NCBI GenBank assembly: GCA_004022145.1
Contig: RCNU01000023.1
Source: Paecilomyces variotii
Lineage: Eukaryota
Length of the DNA: 64,000 bases
Reading direction: 5' to 3' (one strand)
Under the pieces are notes generated by a model. It did no database searches, was not told the origin of the DNA, and saw only the letters and a program-made list of their open reading frames with translations. A program made the translations under genes and the position numbers. Shown in pieces: positions 50,330 through 63,192 of the stretch; position 1 is the stretch's first letter; every line of letters begins with the position of its first letter.

Positions 50330-52452
50330 ATGTTCTCCTCCGCTCGGTCGTGGATTTTCTACACGGTGCTACTAACTAGCTCTTCACTCACCTCAGCCTT
50401 CTATCTGCCAGGTGTAGCACCCACTTCCTATGATGAAGGCCAGAGCGTACCGCTATACGTCAACCATTTGACTCCGGGATTAGCGCGGCAAGATGATCAA
50501 ATACATTCTGTCTTCTCCTACGATTACTACCATCCCGCGTTTCGCTTCTGTCGCCCAGAGGATGGCCCGAAAGATGTTCGAGAATCGCTAGGCAGCATCC
50601 TTTTTGGAGACCGTATCCGTACCTCGCCGTTTGAGCTGCACATGGCCAAGAACGAAACCTGCAAGGCAGTCTGCGATGAAGTGAAATTCGACGGTCGCGC
50701 CGGGAAATTCACGAACAGAAGAATACTACAGGGCTACAATATTAATTGGCTTGTGGACGGTCTTCCAGCGGCTCAGGCGAATGTCGATACCTTGACCAAC
50801 ACGGAATTCTATACTCCCGGTTTCGACCTTGGATTGGTGGACGAGAAAGGGCAACCGTTCTTAAACAACCACTTCGATATTGTGATCGAATATCATCGTG
50901 TGGGACTCCCAAAGCAGAACAAATATCGCGTCGTTGGTGTCTTTGTCCACCCGGATACAAGACGCGATTCTAAGAAGCTTCCCGACGGCTCGGTGGACTG
51001 CGGAGAAGGTAGCGCACCTTTGGCCCTTAGCGAGGATGGAGAGACATCCGTGACCTGGACTTATGGTGTATACTGGCGCGAGTCACCAACCCCCTGGGCG
51101 ACCCGTTGGGACAAATATCTGCACGTCATTGATCCCCAGATCCACTGGCTTTCGCTTATCAACTCTGCTGTCTTCGTCATTCTACTCGTGGGAATGGTCA
51201 GCATGATTCTTATCCGCACGCTGAGAAAGGATATTGCGAGATATAACAGACTGGACGCGATTAGCCTCGATGACTTGGATGGTACTTCCGCGGCCGTGGA
51301 AGATGGTATCCAGGAAGACTCGGGTTGGAAACTGGTCCATGGCGATGTTTTCCGGCCCCCTAAGTACCCGTTACTGCTCAGTGTGCTGGCCGGTAACGGG
51401 GCTCAAATATTTGTCATGGCTGGCGTGACGGTCGGTATGTTACGATCCCTGGGGTTACTGTGCTTTTGTGGCAGGATGCTGACAGCTATGTAGCTATTGC
51501 TCTGCTCGGCCTTCTATCCCCTTCGAACCGTGGCTTCTTGGGCACCGCGATCCTCATTCTCTATACCTTTTTCGGGTTTATCGGGGGTTACGTCTCTGCA
51601 CGTACCTATAAGGCTCTAGGAGGAGAGGCATGGAAGCGGAATATTATCCTGACGCCTGTTCTGATCCCAGGGTTTGTATTTGCGGTTTTCTTCTTGCTCA
51701 ACCTCTTCGTCTGGGCCCAAGGATCTAGTGGTGCCGTGCCATTTAGCACCATGTTGGTGCTAGTGGTCATTTGGTTTATCATCAGTGTCCCACTGAGCGT
51801 GGCTGGTAGCTGGGTCGGATTTAAGCAGAAGGTTGGTTCTCGTATTTCCCTACAGTTGAATTTGGTAAGCTGGTTTATCTGACTGTCTATAGACAATTGA
51901 AGGGCCCACGAAGACAAACCAGATTCCACGCCAGGTGCCTCCGATGACTGGGACTCTTCGCACCATACCTTCCATCCTGCTTACCGGTATCCTTCCATTT
52001 GCCGCTATTTTCCTGGAGCTCTACTTCATCATGAACTCCCTTTGGACCAGCAAGATTTACTACATGTTCGGGTTCCTCTTTTTGTGTTACGGGCTCATGA
52101 TCATCACGTGTGCTGCAACGACTGTTCTACTTGTGTACTTCCTCTTGTGTGCTGAGAACTACCGATGGCATTGGCGAGCCTTTGTCGGTGCTGGTATGAC
52201 CGGTGGCTATGTTTTCATCAACGCACTCCTCTTCTGGGCCACCCGAGTCAGTTTTGGAGGTCTGACAGGCGCTGTCCTCTATGTCGGGTATTCTGCGCTG
52301 ATTGGATTCCTGGTGTTTATCCTGACCGGTAAGTTGATTCTGTGCAGAAAAAGCTGGTGAATGTTATTAACTGTGTTCTGTCAGGTGCTATTGGCTTCTT
52401 CGCCAGCTGGGCATTTGTCCAGCGCATCTACGGTTCTATCAAGGTGGATTAA
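50330..52452 (+). CDS. Transmembrane 9 superfamily protein (Emp70/Tmn1-like), 4 exons
   Basis: AFYLPGVAPTSY, ESLGSILFGDRI, WATRWDKYL, IHWLSLINS, EDSGWKLVHGDVFRPP, TNQIPRQVP and C-terminal IYGSIKVD. Confidence 0.95.
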
Positions 52453-53568
52453 ACACATGTTGACGATCCGTGGTCTTTTTTTATCCCTTTACTGTGTACT
52501 GCCTACAGTGCAGAGCGAGTCTGCGCAATGGTCATGTTGGCCTCTCCTCGATTTCGGTAGCAATGCGGATGTCTGAACGGTTGTTGCTTTCTGGATGCCT
52601 AGTCGAACCAGCAGCGATTAGATGCGTCTAGGAGACCTAACATAACGATGAATTGCGGGTCATGTTCGTCTTTCTGAATGTGCAACTTACGATGTGTGTT
52701 CATATATCCCTTAGAATTAGTGCTTTGCCGTCTTTGGTGTTCAAGTTTCGGTGTTGTTGGGCAATAAATAAAACATGTACATACTTAAAGTGGCTGTACC
52801 ATATTATCCTCGAATATGGAGATGAGTTAGTTACTTACGTCATGGTCCACGTTAGCCGCTTCGTAACTCGAGTAGAGTAGATTATGTCTTTTGCGTATGG
52901 TATGGTATTCAATAGACATTCGACGATGGATAATAATACTAGAATCGCTATCTTCTTTGAGACTCAATGATAAGTTACCATATCGGCTCCCGACGCAGTC
53001 TCGATCTCTTTGGTAATCCAAACCAGCTTAGTCGGAGAAAAAGGCCTAGTTATGGAACGAGCCCTTCGTGGCGTCTGCGCGGGTGGCTTATCAATCTTAG
53101 AGGCAGATCCCGATCGCAAAGGTCAGCCAAGAATCTCCTGGTTTCAACTATTATTCTAAGATGCCAGTCATAAGTATCGTGGGGCAGGTCGGATGTTTAG
53201 GAATCGCAGGCCTGGGCGGCAAGTCCCAAGTCCGGTGCCGCGTCCAGACCCGGCGACAGCCCGTTCAAAGGGTCATGCTTTTCTTTGCCCCTTCGACTGT
53301 CCCCCGATCTCTGACAACCAGCTTCTCCTGCTAGACATACATTCTCCTCATTCTTCCTGTCGTTGATTTCTTTTTCGACACTTGCGCTATAGTCCTGCCC
53401 CGCAGCTTTATTTAACCGCCAAGGACCGTGAAACTCGTCCACCGCTTCCTTTACCCCGCGTCAGACTGGTTTGCGCCTGTTTGAACGACGTACGAGCCTC
53501 ACTGGGCGCAGCACATCGTGGAGGACTTGCTTTGGTCGCTTAAGTAATCCGTTGATCGAATAAACAGA

Positions 53569-54463
53569 ATGGGAAAGACGTAGGTGCATTGTTATGAGCT
53601 CTGCCGGGGGTTTGAACGCGTCGTGCCCCGCCATAATCGCTGCTCCTAATGGGAACAGACAACAAATGATCGCGCAATATGGCCCAGACCTGCACATCAT
53701 CACTGTTGTCGCGGAATTGCTCCTAGATTGTCTCTGAGGGCTGTTGCTAATGCCATCCATGTGCTGTGCAGGCAATCGAAGCTTTCCCCCACCCAGCTCG
53801 AGGAGCTCCAAAAGGCCACACACTTTGATAAGAAGGAACTGCAGCAATGGTATAAAGGTAAGGCGACGTTTGCTTTCTCAGTATCATTACAGGTGTCAGG
53901 GGAGCTGACAGCGTGCGATCATATCAGGTTTCCTTAAGGATTGCCCTTCAGGGAATCTGACCAAGGAGGACTTCCAGAAGATCTATCGCCAGTTCTTCCC
54001 TTATGGGGACCCGGCCCCGTTTGCAGATTATGTATTCCGTGTCTTCGATTCCGATAGGAGTGGCACGATAGACTTCAAGGAGTTCATCTGCGCGCTGTCG
54101 ATCACGTCCCGCGGCAAAATGGAGGATAAGCTGGACTGGGCGTTTCAACTGTATGACATCGATGGTGACGGAAGGATCAGTTATGATGAAATGCTGGCGA
54201 TTGTGGAAGCGATCTACAAAATGGTACGCATCTGTTTCCGACCGGATTCTCGTGGCATTGGAACTGACTGACTCGTTTTGTAGGTGGGCAACATGGTCAA
54301 ACTACCGGAGGACGAAGATACCCCTGAAAAGCGAGTAAGGAAAATTTTCAACATGATGGACAAGGACGAGAATGGCTCTCTCGATCTGGAGGAATTCAAA
54401 GAAGGCAGCAAGCGCGACCAGACCATTGTCAGCGCCCTGTCTCTATATGACGGCCTAGTATAA
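53569..54463 (+). CDS. ncsA: Neuronal calcium sensor-1/frequenin homologue, 4 exons
   Basis: [33 protein letters not shown] hands [26 protein letters not shown] and [13 protein letters not shown], ending ALSLYDGLV*. Confidence 0.95.
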
Positions 54464-55302
54464 AGCTAGCCGTCCGGTTTTGAGCATTTCTTCATTTCTT
54501 CGTCTCTTTCTCCAAATTCTCGTTTATTCCCCCGGCTGTATCTGATCACTCCCATTTTCCCCCGTTTGTGTCCATTTGTGTCCATTTGGGTAAATATTTC
54601 TTTACTCTGGAAGCCAGGGACCGCTTGCCCTGTCGTGTCGACTTCACCCTAGTCTGACGGTAAACCGAGCTGCTGTTCAATACCTCGATCCAAATGATCT
54701 GAAGAGTCTCTGGAGTTTCTGTGCTTCTTGATAGCTATTTTTCCTTCCGAGTTGCCTCTATGGAATGTTTCCTGTATAGTCAAGAGAACGAAAGGCTTGG
54801 GTGGCCCTGTTTAGATCTCATCTTTTGTATTGTTTTCGCCTATTGTTGATTAGTTGAGCGGCTGCTTGATGAAATTCTCCATAGTCAGTTAGCGCACGTT
54901 TTCGGTTATTTCAATTTTCTGATAAACGCTTTGTTGCTTTATCTCGTGACGTTTTATATAAATTTGATTTACGTTACGTATTTCATACTAAGACCTATGT
55001 GTAGCGGATATCTTGTAATACTTAGTAGACCGACATATAGATAAGGCGCCCACCTTGTCCCCTGTTGGCTAGATACTGCATATACTAATAATATCCTCTC
55101 AATTGAACAAAACATGGACCAAAAACAACAATTATTATTCCTACTTTAGCAAAGGCAAACACCCTTACCATACACCCCACCACGTGACAATAACACCTTG
55201 AAATCAACGCACGGACCATCTTCCCGCGCCCCTCCAATATTGACTTATCTTCACCGCCCGCAGTTTAATCCCGGAAGAAGAAGAGATGGAATTATTATTG
55301 AT

Positions 55303-56291
55303 ATGTTGAAGGTAACTCCGCTATTATTTCGACCGGCGCGGCCTTACTCTCTCTTCCACAGAACCATGTCTTCCGGTACATTGAGCCATGATCTTTTTAT
55401 TCCTTTTATTCTTTGAGAGCAGGCTAATTAGACTAACTAACTAACTAACTGCTTCAGCTCCCCATCTTCCTCCCGATAGGCGTCCGATCGTCATCTCTGG
55501 TCCCTCGGGGGTCGGAAAGGGGACGTTATACAAGCGACTGTTTCAGCAGCATCCGGATACCTTTGCTCTGTCTGTTAGTCACACGACGCGCAAGCCCAGA
55601 CCGGGTGAGCAGGAAGGTGTAAGTTTTTTGGTTTTTGTTTTCCGTTCCAATTCGGGGGAAGTTTTAAGGAGGAATAACTGATTCGATTGTGCTTTCGCGA
55701 TCTAGGTCGACTATCACTATGTCACAAAGGAGGAATTCCAGGACTTGATCTCCAAGGATGGATTCGTGGAGTGGTGCGTTTTCGCTCTTGATTTGATAAA
55801 TGAAAAGACGATAGTTAGTCCGTGGCTAATATTGATGGTTTAAACTCAGGGCCCAGTTCGGAGACAACCTCTACGGCACAAGCAAGAAGACTATTCAGGA
55901 ACAGAGTGCGAAGGGTCGTGTCGTGGTGTTGGACATTGAGATGGAGGGTGTCAAGCAGGTCAAACGCTCTGACATCAAGGCGCGTTATGTCTTCATCGCG
56001 CCGCCATCTGAGGAGGAGCTCGAGAAACGCCTGCGTGGCCGGGCCACCGATTCGGAGAGCAGTATTCTGGTTAGTCCATTCTAGTCCTCGTCGTCATTCC
56101 TTAGACGATTCGCACCCTTCAGGGTCATTATGTACTGACTGATCGTACAGAAACGTCTGGCGCAGGCTAAGCTGGAGCTTGAGTACGCCAAGACTCCCGG
56201 TGTCCATGACAAGACCATCGTCAACGATGACCTGGACAGGGCCTACAAGGAGTTGGAGGACTGGGTCTACACTCCTCCGGCTGACTCTTAG
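55303..56291 (+). CDS. guk1: Guanylate kinase, 5 exons. Main ATG at 55366, upstream in-frame ATG at 55303.
   Basis: [15 protein letters not shown] (P-loop), [41 protein letters not shown] and IVNDDLD. Confidence 0.95.
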
Positions 56292-56923
56292 GTCTGGCCC
56301 GATTGTCACTTATCGGGTGGATATCTTGTCTCACGCATGCTTTCGCCCGGAGACGATCGCATTCAACGAGACGAAAAGCCATAGACCAGAACGGCCTCCG
56401 TACTTATCCCGCGGGGTAATTGCCCCCCATCTGCACATCTGGGCTAGATATGTAAAGGTTGGACTCGACGAGCCTAGTGCATGCTATCTCTATCAATCGC
56501 GATCTTGGTGCCATCGCAGACGGGGTTGCACATTTCTCCATGACCGATGCACATAGAGATTAAGATGCAGGATCAATGCCCTGTGATGATGACTTCTTGG
56601 CTAGAGAGATAAGGTAATACCAAATAAAGACCTAGGTATATTTCCTAGTCCTTCCATTGCTCATTCCTAGGTTGCGAGAATAGCGTATAATGTCTCTACA
56701 GGAAGCTATGAGTTTCTCTGGAGTAGGGTCGAGTGCATTGCAAAGCGAGAAAAAGCAATAATTCTCCAAAATAAACAACGTAGCAGCATAAACACGTGAG
56801 ATTGCTGGCGCCGAGTCTCCCTAGCCCAACACTGACAGTAATACTAGAAACCAAGAAAATTCCCTGCGTAGCCTTTAAGTCTAAGCAATATCATCACAGC
56901 TCGCCCATAATCCACAAGCCTTG

Positions 56924-58630
56924 TTAGGCCAGTGCACCCATAGGGTCCCAGAGGGGAAGCACCTTGGGCTCCTGGCTCAGAACGTCTCTGACCTCCTTGC
57001 TAACAAACCTGGGATCGACGACTACCTGGTAGACAAACTCATCCATCCAGCGATCGGTCATGACGAACCATCCCTTGTCTCCAGCATTTTCGCCCCAGGA
57101 GTTCTGAACGCGCCAGCGGACAGGCTTACCTCCCTCAATGTGCACGGCCGTCAGGACCATTGCATGCGTCATGGCAGACTCGCCCGTCTTGAGTCGATTG
57201 GCCTTGTTCAATCCAAGGTTGATATTGAAACCAAGGCTATAATCGTACAGCGTCAGGTCCATGATCCCGGATGCCGAGTCCGAGAACTTGCCCACATCGG
57301 AGCCGAAGAAGACCGGCAAACCGGCGCGGAGCATGGAGATAGCAGCAGATTTGATCGTCTATCATTCGTGGTCAGGGACAGTGCAATAATACCCGAGAGA
57401 AAAGATCCACAACTGCTCACTTACATTCATATCAACGTTGACATAGGTAGTGGGCCTACCACCGACCACATTTCCAAGTCTATCGACCGTCAAGAGACGG
57501 CCGTATTCATTTCTAGGGTCATTCACCAGGCTGAAAAGCTCGTGAACGTTGGTACCACCACAGGCACGGATTCCCTCCTTGGTAGACAGGCTCGCCGCAA
57601 ATTCCTTTGGTGTCATAGATACCTTGTGGAACTTCTCCTCTGCATCGTAGAAATCCCACGAGAACTTCTTCTCGGTACTTGGGGGCGGGCCCAACATGAT
57701 CGTAAGGATTGCATGGATCTCCTGCAGGAACTCATCCTTCTTACCAGCGAGTAAAGCCTTTGCCTTGGCACTGTCCCGCTGTGCCAGCTTGCGCAGGATC
57801 AACGCATGTTCTCGCAGCTTGGTTGTTATCAGTGACCCCATCTTTGAGCTGTTCTTCGCATTGTAGGAATCCGGATATAGAGACTGGGGGACCAAGCCGT
57901 ATTTCTGCACCAGATTAGCGACCATATCCCACTGGCCCCCATCTCCGACGGGGCTCAACAGTAGTCTTTGGATCAATCGACTATCCAGGTCCTGGTCTGC
58001 AGTATCGATCGCATGCTCCAGGAACCAATTGGCCTTCTCGATTTTGTCCCAGTAGAACAGATAAGCCTGGCTCAGTTCGAACTGCGTGAGGTTGTATTTT
58101 TTCATGATGGCCACACGGAAGACATTCGTCGAGGCAAAGAGCCAACAACGGCCAGAGGACCGCTGGTTCGTGATGGGTGCTCCTTCAAAGGGGATGCGGA
58201 CATTGAAGGTCTGGGTATCCGCTACCTGTGCCGCAGGGTTCGTCAAGATGGAACCTATCGGATTCGCAGAGAGTGCAGAGAGAGCTAGGCGACTCTGCTT
58301 TCCCATTAGCTGTCTGGCGAGTCTTATCTGCAGGATCAAGAATACCTTTGGATCTGCGAGCAGTTTCTGCTCCCAGTCCCTTGTCTGTCCTATGGAGATC
58401 GTAGTAGTTCGGTCACGGACAGGGTAAGGAGGAGCTACCGAACAGCATCAGCAAAATCGAACTGGATCATACGGTCTAACCCGTCGTCAAGCGTGACACA
58501 TACGAGAATCATCTTCCACATAGACGTAAGGGTCCTTTTCTTCAACATCCGTCATGTCGAGGGCCCCCAGTCGGCGAGCCAAGGCCTTCTCCTCGAAGCT
58601 GGAGAACTCGTGAGATTGACCTGCACCCAT
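56924..58630 (-). CDS. lap3: Bleomycin hydrolase / cysteine aminopeptidase (peptidase C1B; Lap3/Gal6-like), 4 exons
   Basis: NQRSSGRCWLFA (catalytic Cys), DGGQWDM, MTHAM (His), VQNSWG (Asn) and C-terminal WDPMGALA. Confidence 0.95.
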
Positions 58631-59266
58631 CTTGGCCCAGGGAATACGCGAAGCAACAGTATATTAGGTACTCTAAAAGGAATCTAGATTAGCGATTCAC
58701 AAACTCTTACAGTGCATGGAGGGTGGATGTAATTCTACTAGCGAAGGGTAGAAGCGATGAGGAGCAGAGCGAACGTGACGCCAGCAACGCTCATGTGAAT
58801 TCCCCAAGGTCCTTCCAGTTGAAGCTTCCCGATATACCTAGGTAGGCAGGTGCGGGGGCTTATCTGATATGATAACGGCGGAAGGAGCCATCCGTTATTT
58901 ATCACTAAGTATTTAGCGGCTCCACTGCTGCCTGGTTCTTCTCCACGGCTAAAATAAGACACAATTGTAACTACCTTATCTGATCTGTTACCAGGTAGTT
59001 ATCTAGAGATAGAGATAGAGATAGAACATGGAGAAGACGTGCAAAGAAACACAGCAAAATATCGACAACTGGCTAGACGCACCTAGTCAATCGACGCGGA
59101 GGACACCGTCGAGAGTTGCATATCTCCGCCTATTTCCGTGACTTAACTCCAACCCAGACAGCAGAAGTACTGTACTGTACCTAACTAGTAACTTCCATCC
59201 ATTGGCAACAAACACATCTGTTTCAAAAGTCATCTATCTCCTTTCACGATTAAGTACTCGCTAAAT

Positions 59267-60920
59267 ATGCCATATGAATTTATCAATAACAATGGCACTA
59301 TCAATCCCTCTGCAAGAAAGCAGATCCGTCGCCATGTGGCAACTGGGAAGAATGCCGGGAAGAAACTAGCGCGGCCGTCGCGAAAGAAAGCATTCGAACT
59401 GAGCCGCAAGTCAGCTGCAGCTGTTATCAAGACACCGGAGGTCGTGAAGAAGACTCATGATTCAAAGCCCACCGAAGAAGTGATTTACGCTGTTGAGCAA
59501 CAGATTGGCGATGGATTGTCCATACTCCCAGTTCCAGATGAGCTTGTTCCCGGGTCCAGGCCGCTTGAGCGAATGGGTATGTATGGCTATATCCGAATGG
59601 GCACTTGGTGTTATCATCATTAACAAGCGTATGTTATCTAGCCATCTCCTTCATAGGAGGTCTTCGACATGCACCTGAGATGAGCAATGCGCTAGATACT
59701 ACCAGCATGTCGTCCTCGATATGGGTCCAGTTTATGTTCTCGGACGAAGCATGTGTGTATTGTATCTGGGATGGCAGACTTTCTATGGGGAAATCCCACT
59801 AACTATGTCCAGACTTTCATTGCATGGTAGCCTTATCTGTGACAGTTCTCGACCCGATTGCTATAAAGCCAGCGGGCCTCCTTGTGGCAGCGCGTCACCT
59901 ATCACAGACTTTCCGTCTGATCAATGAAAGACTATCTGGAGATAATGCAGCATCCGATACGACCATCGCGGTAGTCGTGATGTTAGCAGAATATGAGCGC
60001 CAACTAGGTCACTACAATAACTGCCTTGTGCATATCGAAGGGCTTCAGCGAATGGTTGAGTTGCGAGGTGGTATCTCGAAGCTCACGAGCATAAATCCTC
60101 ACCTGACCAAAAAGATATTCAGGTAAGACTGTCGCAATGATTATTGACTATTCCGTTGACAAAGTTCTGACGCGTTACAAAAAGAATTGATCTCGAGTAT
60201 GCCCTCCATACAGGCTCGCCGACACGATTCAGTCCCCAGGATATTGCGTTCGGTAGCACAGGCATTTTGAGGTTTCCCAGAAAACATCAAAGACGGAGCG
60301 AACAGAAGGGATCCATCGTTTATCGTTCCGCGAAGTTCAAACAGTTGAGCGCCGATCTTGAAGACGTTTTCATGGATATTATATATTTCGCCCACTTGCT
60401 CAATGAGACCAGCTCTAGACGGCTACCCAAGATGGATCATTGTGTCTTCCATGAAAATATCCTGTTCCTCGGGTACCGCCTGATCGCCATCAGTACTTTA
60501 CGGGGGCCCAATCATCCAAATAATCTTGAAGACATGATTCATTTGGGCCTAACGACTTTTGTGTCGGCATTCTTCTGGAGTCTTGACCGCAGCATTCCCA
60601 CTATCCCACTTCTCACCGAATCAATCCGCTCTATTGTCCAGAGGTATGCAGGTGATAGCCAGGAAGAAAGAGCCGTTCTCCTTTGGCTACTGTTTACTCT
60701 AGCAGCTTCTATCTCCAAACAACCAGACGATGAAGTATGGTTGGTTCCAAAGGCGGCGGAGACAATGGATGCCATGGATCTGCATACCTGGGAAGATGTG
60801 CATAGAACTCTTTCCATGTTCCCATGGGTCAACGCTACCCACAATACGGCAGGTCAGGCACTTTGGCAGAAATCACGCGTCCCCTTGTCACTTCTCAGAG
60901 AAAGGCTGGAAATCAATTGA
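59267..60920 (+). CDS. Fungal-specific transcription-factor-domain protein lacking a Zn2Cys6 cluster, 4 exons
   Basis: FIN..ARKQIRRHVATGKN, FRLINERLS, TIAVVVMLA, HIEGLQRMVELRGGI, R|IDLEYAL, LLWLLF and WEDVHRTLSMFPW. Confidence 0.8.
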
Positions 60921-61097
60921 TCTCGGCAATAAAACACCGCTATTGAGAGTGTTGATAATAACTGCTTCGTTGATTTTGATTATCTCTGGATTACCCCGCT
61001 CTCCTGACTGCGCCGACATCTCTCAATGGCAGTTAATCATCAACCAAGTCTTCTACAGAAGGGACCAGCCACAAGATAATCAGACGCAATTGACAGA

Positions 61098-62214
61098 TCA
61101 TAACTCCTGCAGAATTCTCTTTACATAACCAGGCTCAATGGACTCCAGTTCCATGGCAATTAAATCCCAGACATATTGCTGTGACTGTTTCCCTTCCTCG
61201 TCCGTTATCCAGCTCGGTACAACGTCCCTAAAATAACAAGCTGCATTAGCAAGGGATTTCTTTTGGTAGAAGAGACAGTAACTCACTCAGCAATCTTGCA
61301 CGAGGAAAGGTAACATCCATGGCTCTCCCAGCCCGCGACGGCCGCATGAAGGAGTGTCCGGCTGCCAACCTCCGCCGTCCGCCCATACTGGTCAAGCTGG
61401 GCCTGAAGATGCTCACGAAATTCGGGTGTTGCGTTCCGACTTAGGTCTGTCTTACAGAGTCCTGGGCAGACAGTGTTCAAGACCACCCCTGAGCGAGATA
61501 CGGGGATCAGGGCTGCGAGATAGCGGATTGCAAAGATCTCTAGGAGTTTAGACAGAGGGTATCTAACAACGAAGCTCCATCTTAGCTGGGATAAAACGGC
61601 ACGGGACTCCATGATAAGTTCACATACGTTTGCATCAAACCGGACTCGTTCTCATCCATCTTCACGAACGGGTCATCCTTGATTTTATACCAGTCTTCTT
61701 TAGCCCGGAAACCAACTCCGCTCGAGACGAGCGTCAGACAAGGCAAGATGTTGAACCGCTGCGCAGTTTCCTTCAGCTTAGGCAACAGAAGCACCGCAAG
61801 CAGAAACGTGCTAAACACGTTGACCGTGAGGGGTAAGATATGTCCCTCGGCCATCGTTCGCTGGGAAACTGCAACGGCTGCGTTCTCAATTACCGCATCG
61901 ATACGGTCCAATTCTGCAACAGCCCTCTTCGCGAAGACCTTGACAGAGTCATAGCTCGCTAGGTCGAGTGCCCATACTTCAGCGACGTGCGACTTGTCTG
62001 TTGCCTTTTCGATCTCTGCCTTTGCTGTCTCACCGGCACCCACGTTGCGAACGGCCATAATGACCTTGGCCGCACCGAGTGTGACCAAATGCTTGGCTGC
62101 TTCGAATCCCAGACCAGTATTGGATCCCGTCACGATATATGTACGTCCCGCACACGTCTCAGTCGTGGCGAGGAGGGGAAGAATACGACTTTGGGTTTCG
62201 ATGGACTCCGACAT
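61098..62214 (-). CDS. Short-chain dehydrogenase/reductase (retinol dehydrogenase-like), 3 exons
   Basis: IVTGSNTGLG, ENAAV, YPLSK (YxxxK), VCPGLCKTDL and RTAEVGSRTL. Confidence 0.9.
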
Positions 62215-63192
62215 GATGGGTCTAAGTGAACCTGATGTATATGAATGAAATATATATCTTGAACGAGAGAGACTCAGAGAATGTGTCAATTTTTCTTCTC
62301 AATGAAAGAAGTGGATATGAGTCGCATATGAACTCACCAAGAGTCAGGGCAGATGCCACATATATATACACCTCCACCAGTCCGACGGCTCTTCGGAAAT
62401 AGGACGATTTCAACTCATAATGACCGTTCTTGAGCGGACCTAGATACAAAATAAAATCCGAGGGAATAGATTGCTATACCCCGAATGATCAGCTCATCTT
62501 ACATTATCCCCACAGGTTAGTTGAGGCGATGCTGTGCCCAGGAGACAGTTTGAGCTGATCTGGCAATGGGAGACTGATTTCCTAGTCCGGATGTCCAGTC
62601 TAGCCAATCAGAGACTCTTTTCCTAACTAGGATAGCGTGATGTTATACCGTTAACTGAGAAAAAGGACGCCAGTATTTATTTGTCACTACCATGTATACG
62701 GTCATAGTAAAGACACAGCTCGAAAATGATTGGAGAAAAAGAAGATGTTTCTATTTATCTACATATAAAGCTCTAGCTGCTAACCTCCCATCGCAACATA
62801 CCCGTCAGTCATTTCAAAGCTCGCGCCTATATCATGGAAAAAAGATAGCATCACCGGCGTAACTGGGAGAAAAAGAGAGAAGGCAAGAGACTCGTCAAGA
62901 CAGTCGGGCCATGATCCGAGGAGGCATGCTGATCGCAACGCGCTCTCTATGATCCATCTCTTCATAGATCGGGTATCAATGTAGTGGTGGGGAGTGGAGG
63001 AGCGATAAGGGACGGGCTCAATCTTAGAGGGTCACAAGCAGGAAGCGCGGGGCGATGAAACATGTGAACATTCCCACCAGAAAATGCGTGACAGTGGACT
63101 GAACAACAGAACGGAAGTCATTGGATCCAAAAAGCCAAAAAAGAAACTGGCCGAGTGAGACTGTGGCCATGGTCCCCACCAGGATCTGTTGT

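Noticed and set aside
13583-62214. Secondary-metabolite cluster suggested by four SDRs, FMO, GST and a TF
   Set aside because: No PKS, NRPS, terpene synthase or DMATS backbone gene is present, and these genes are dispersed among housekeeping genes.
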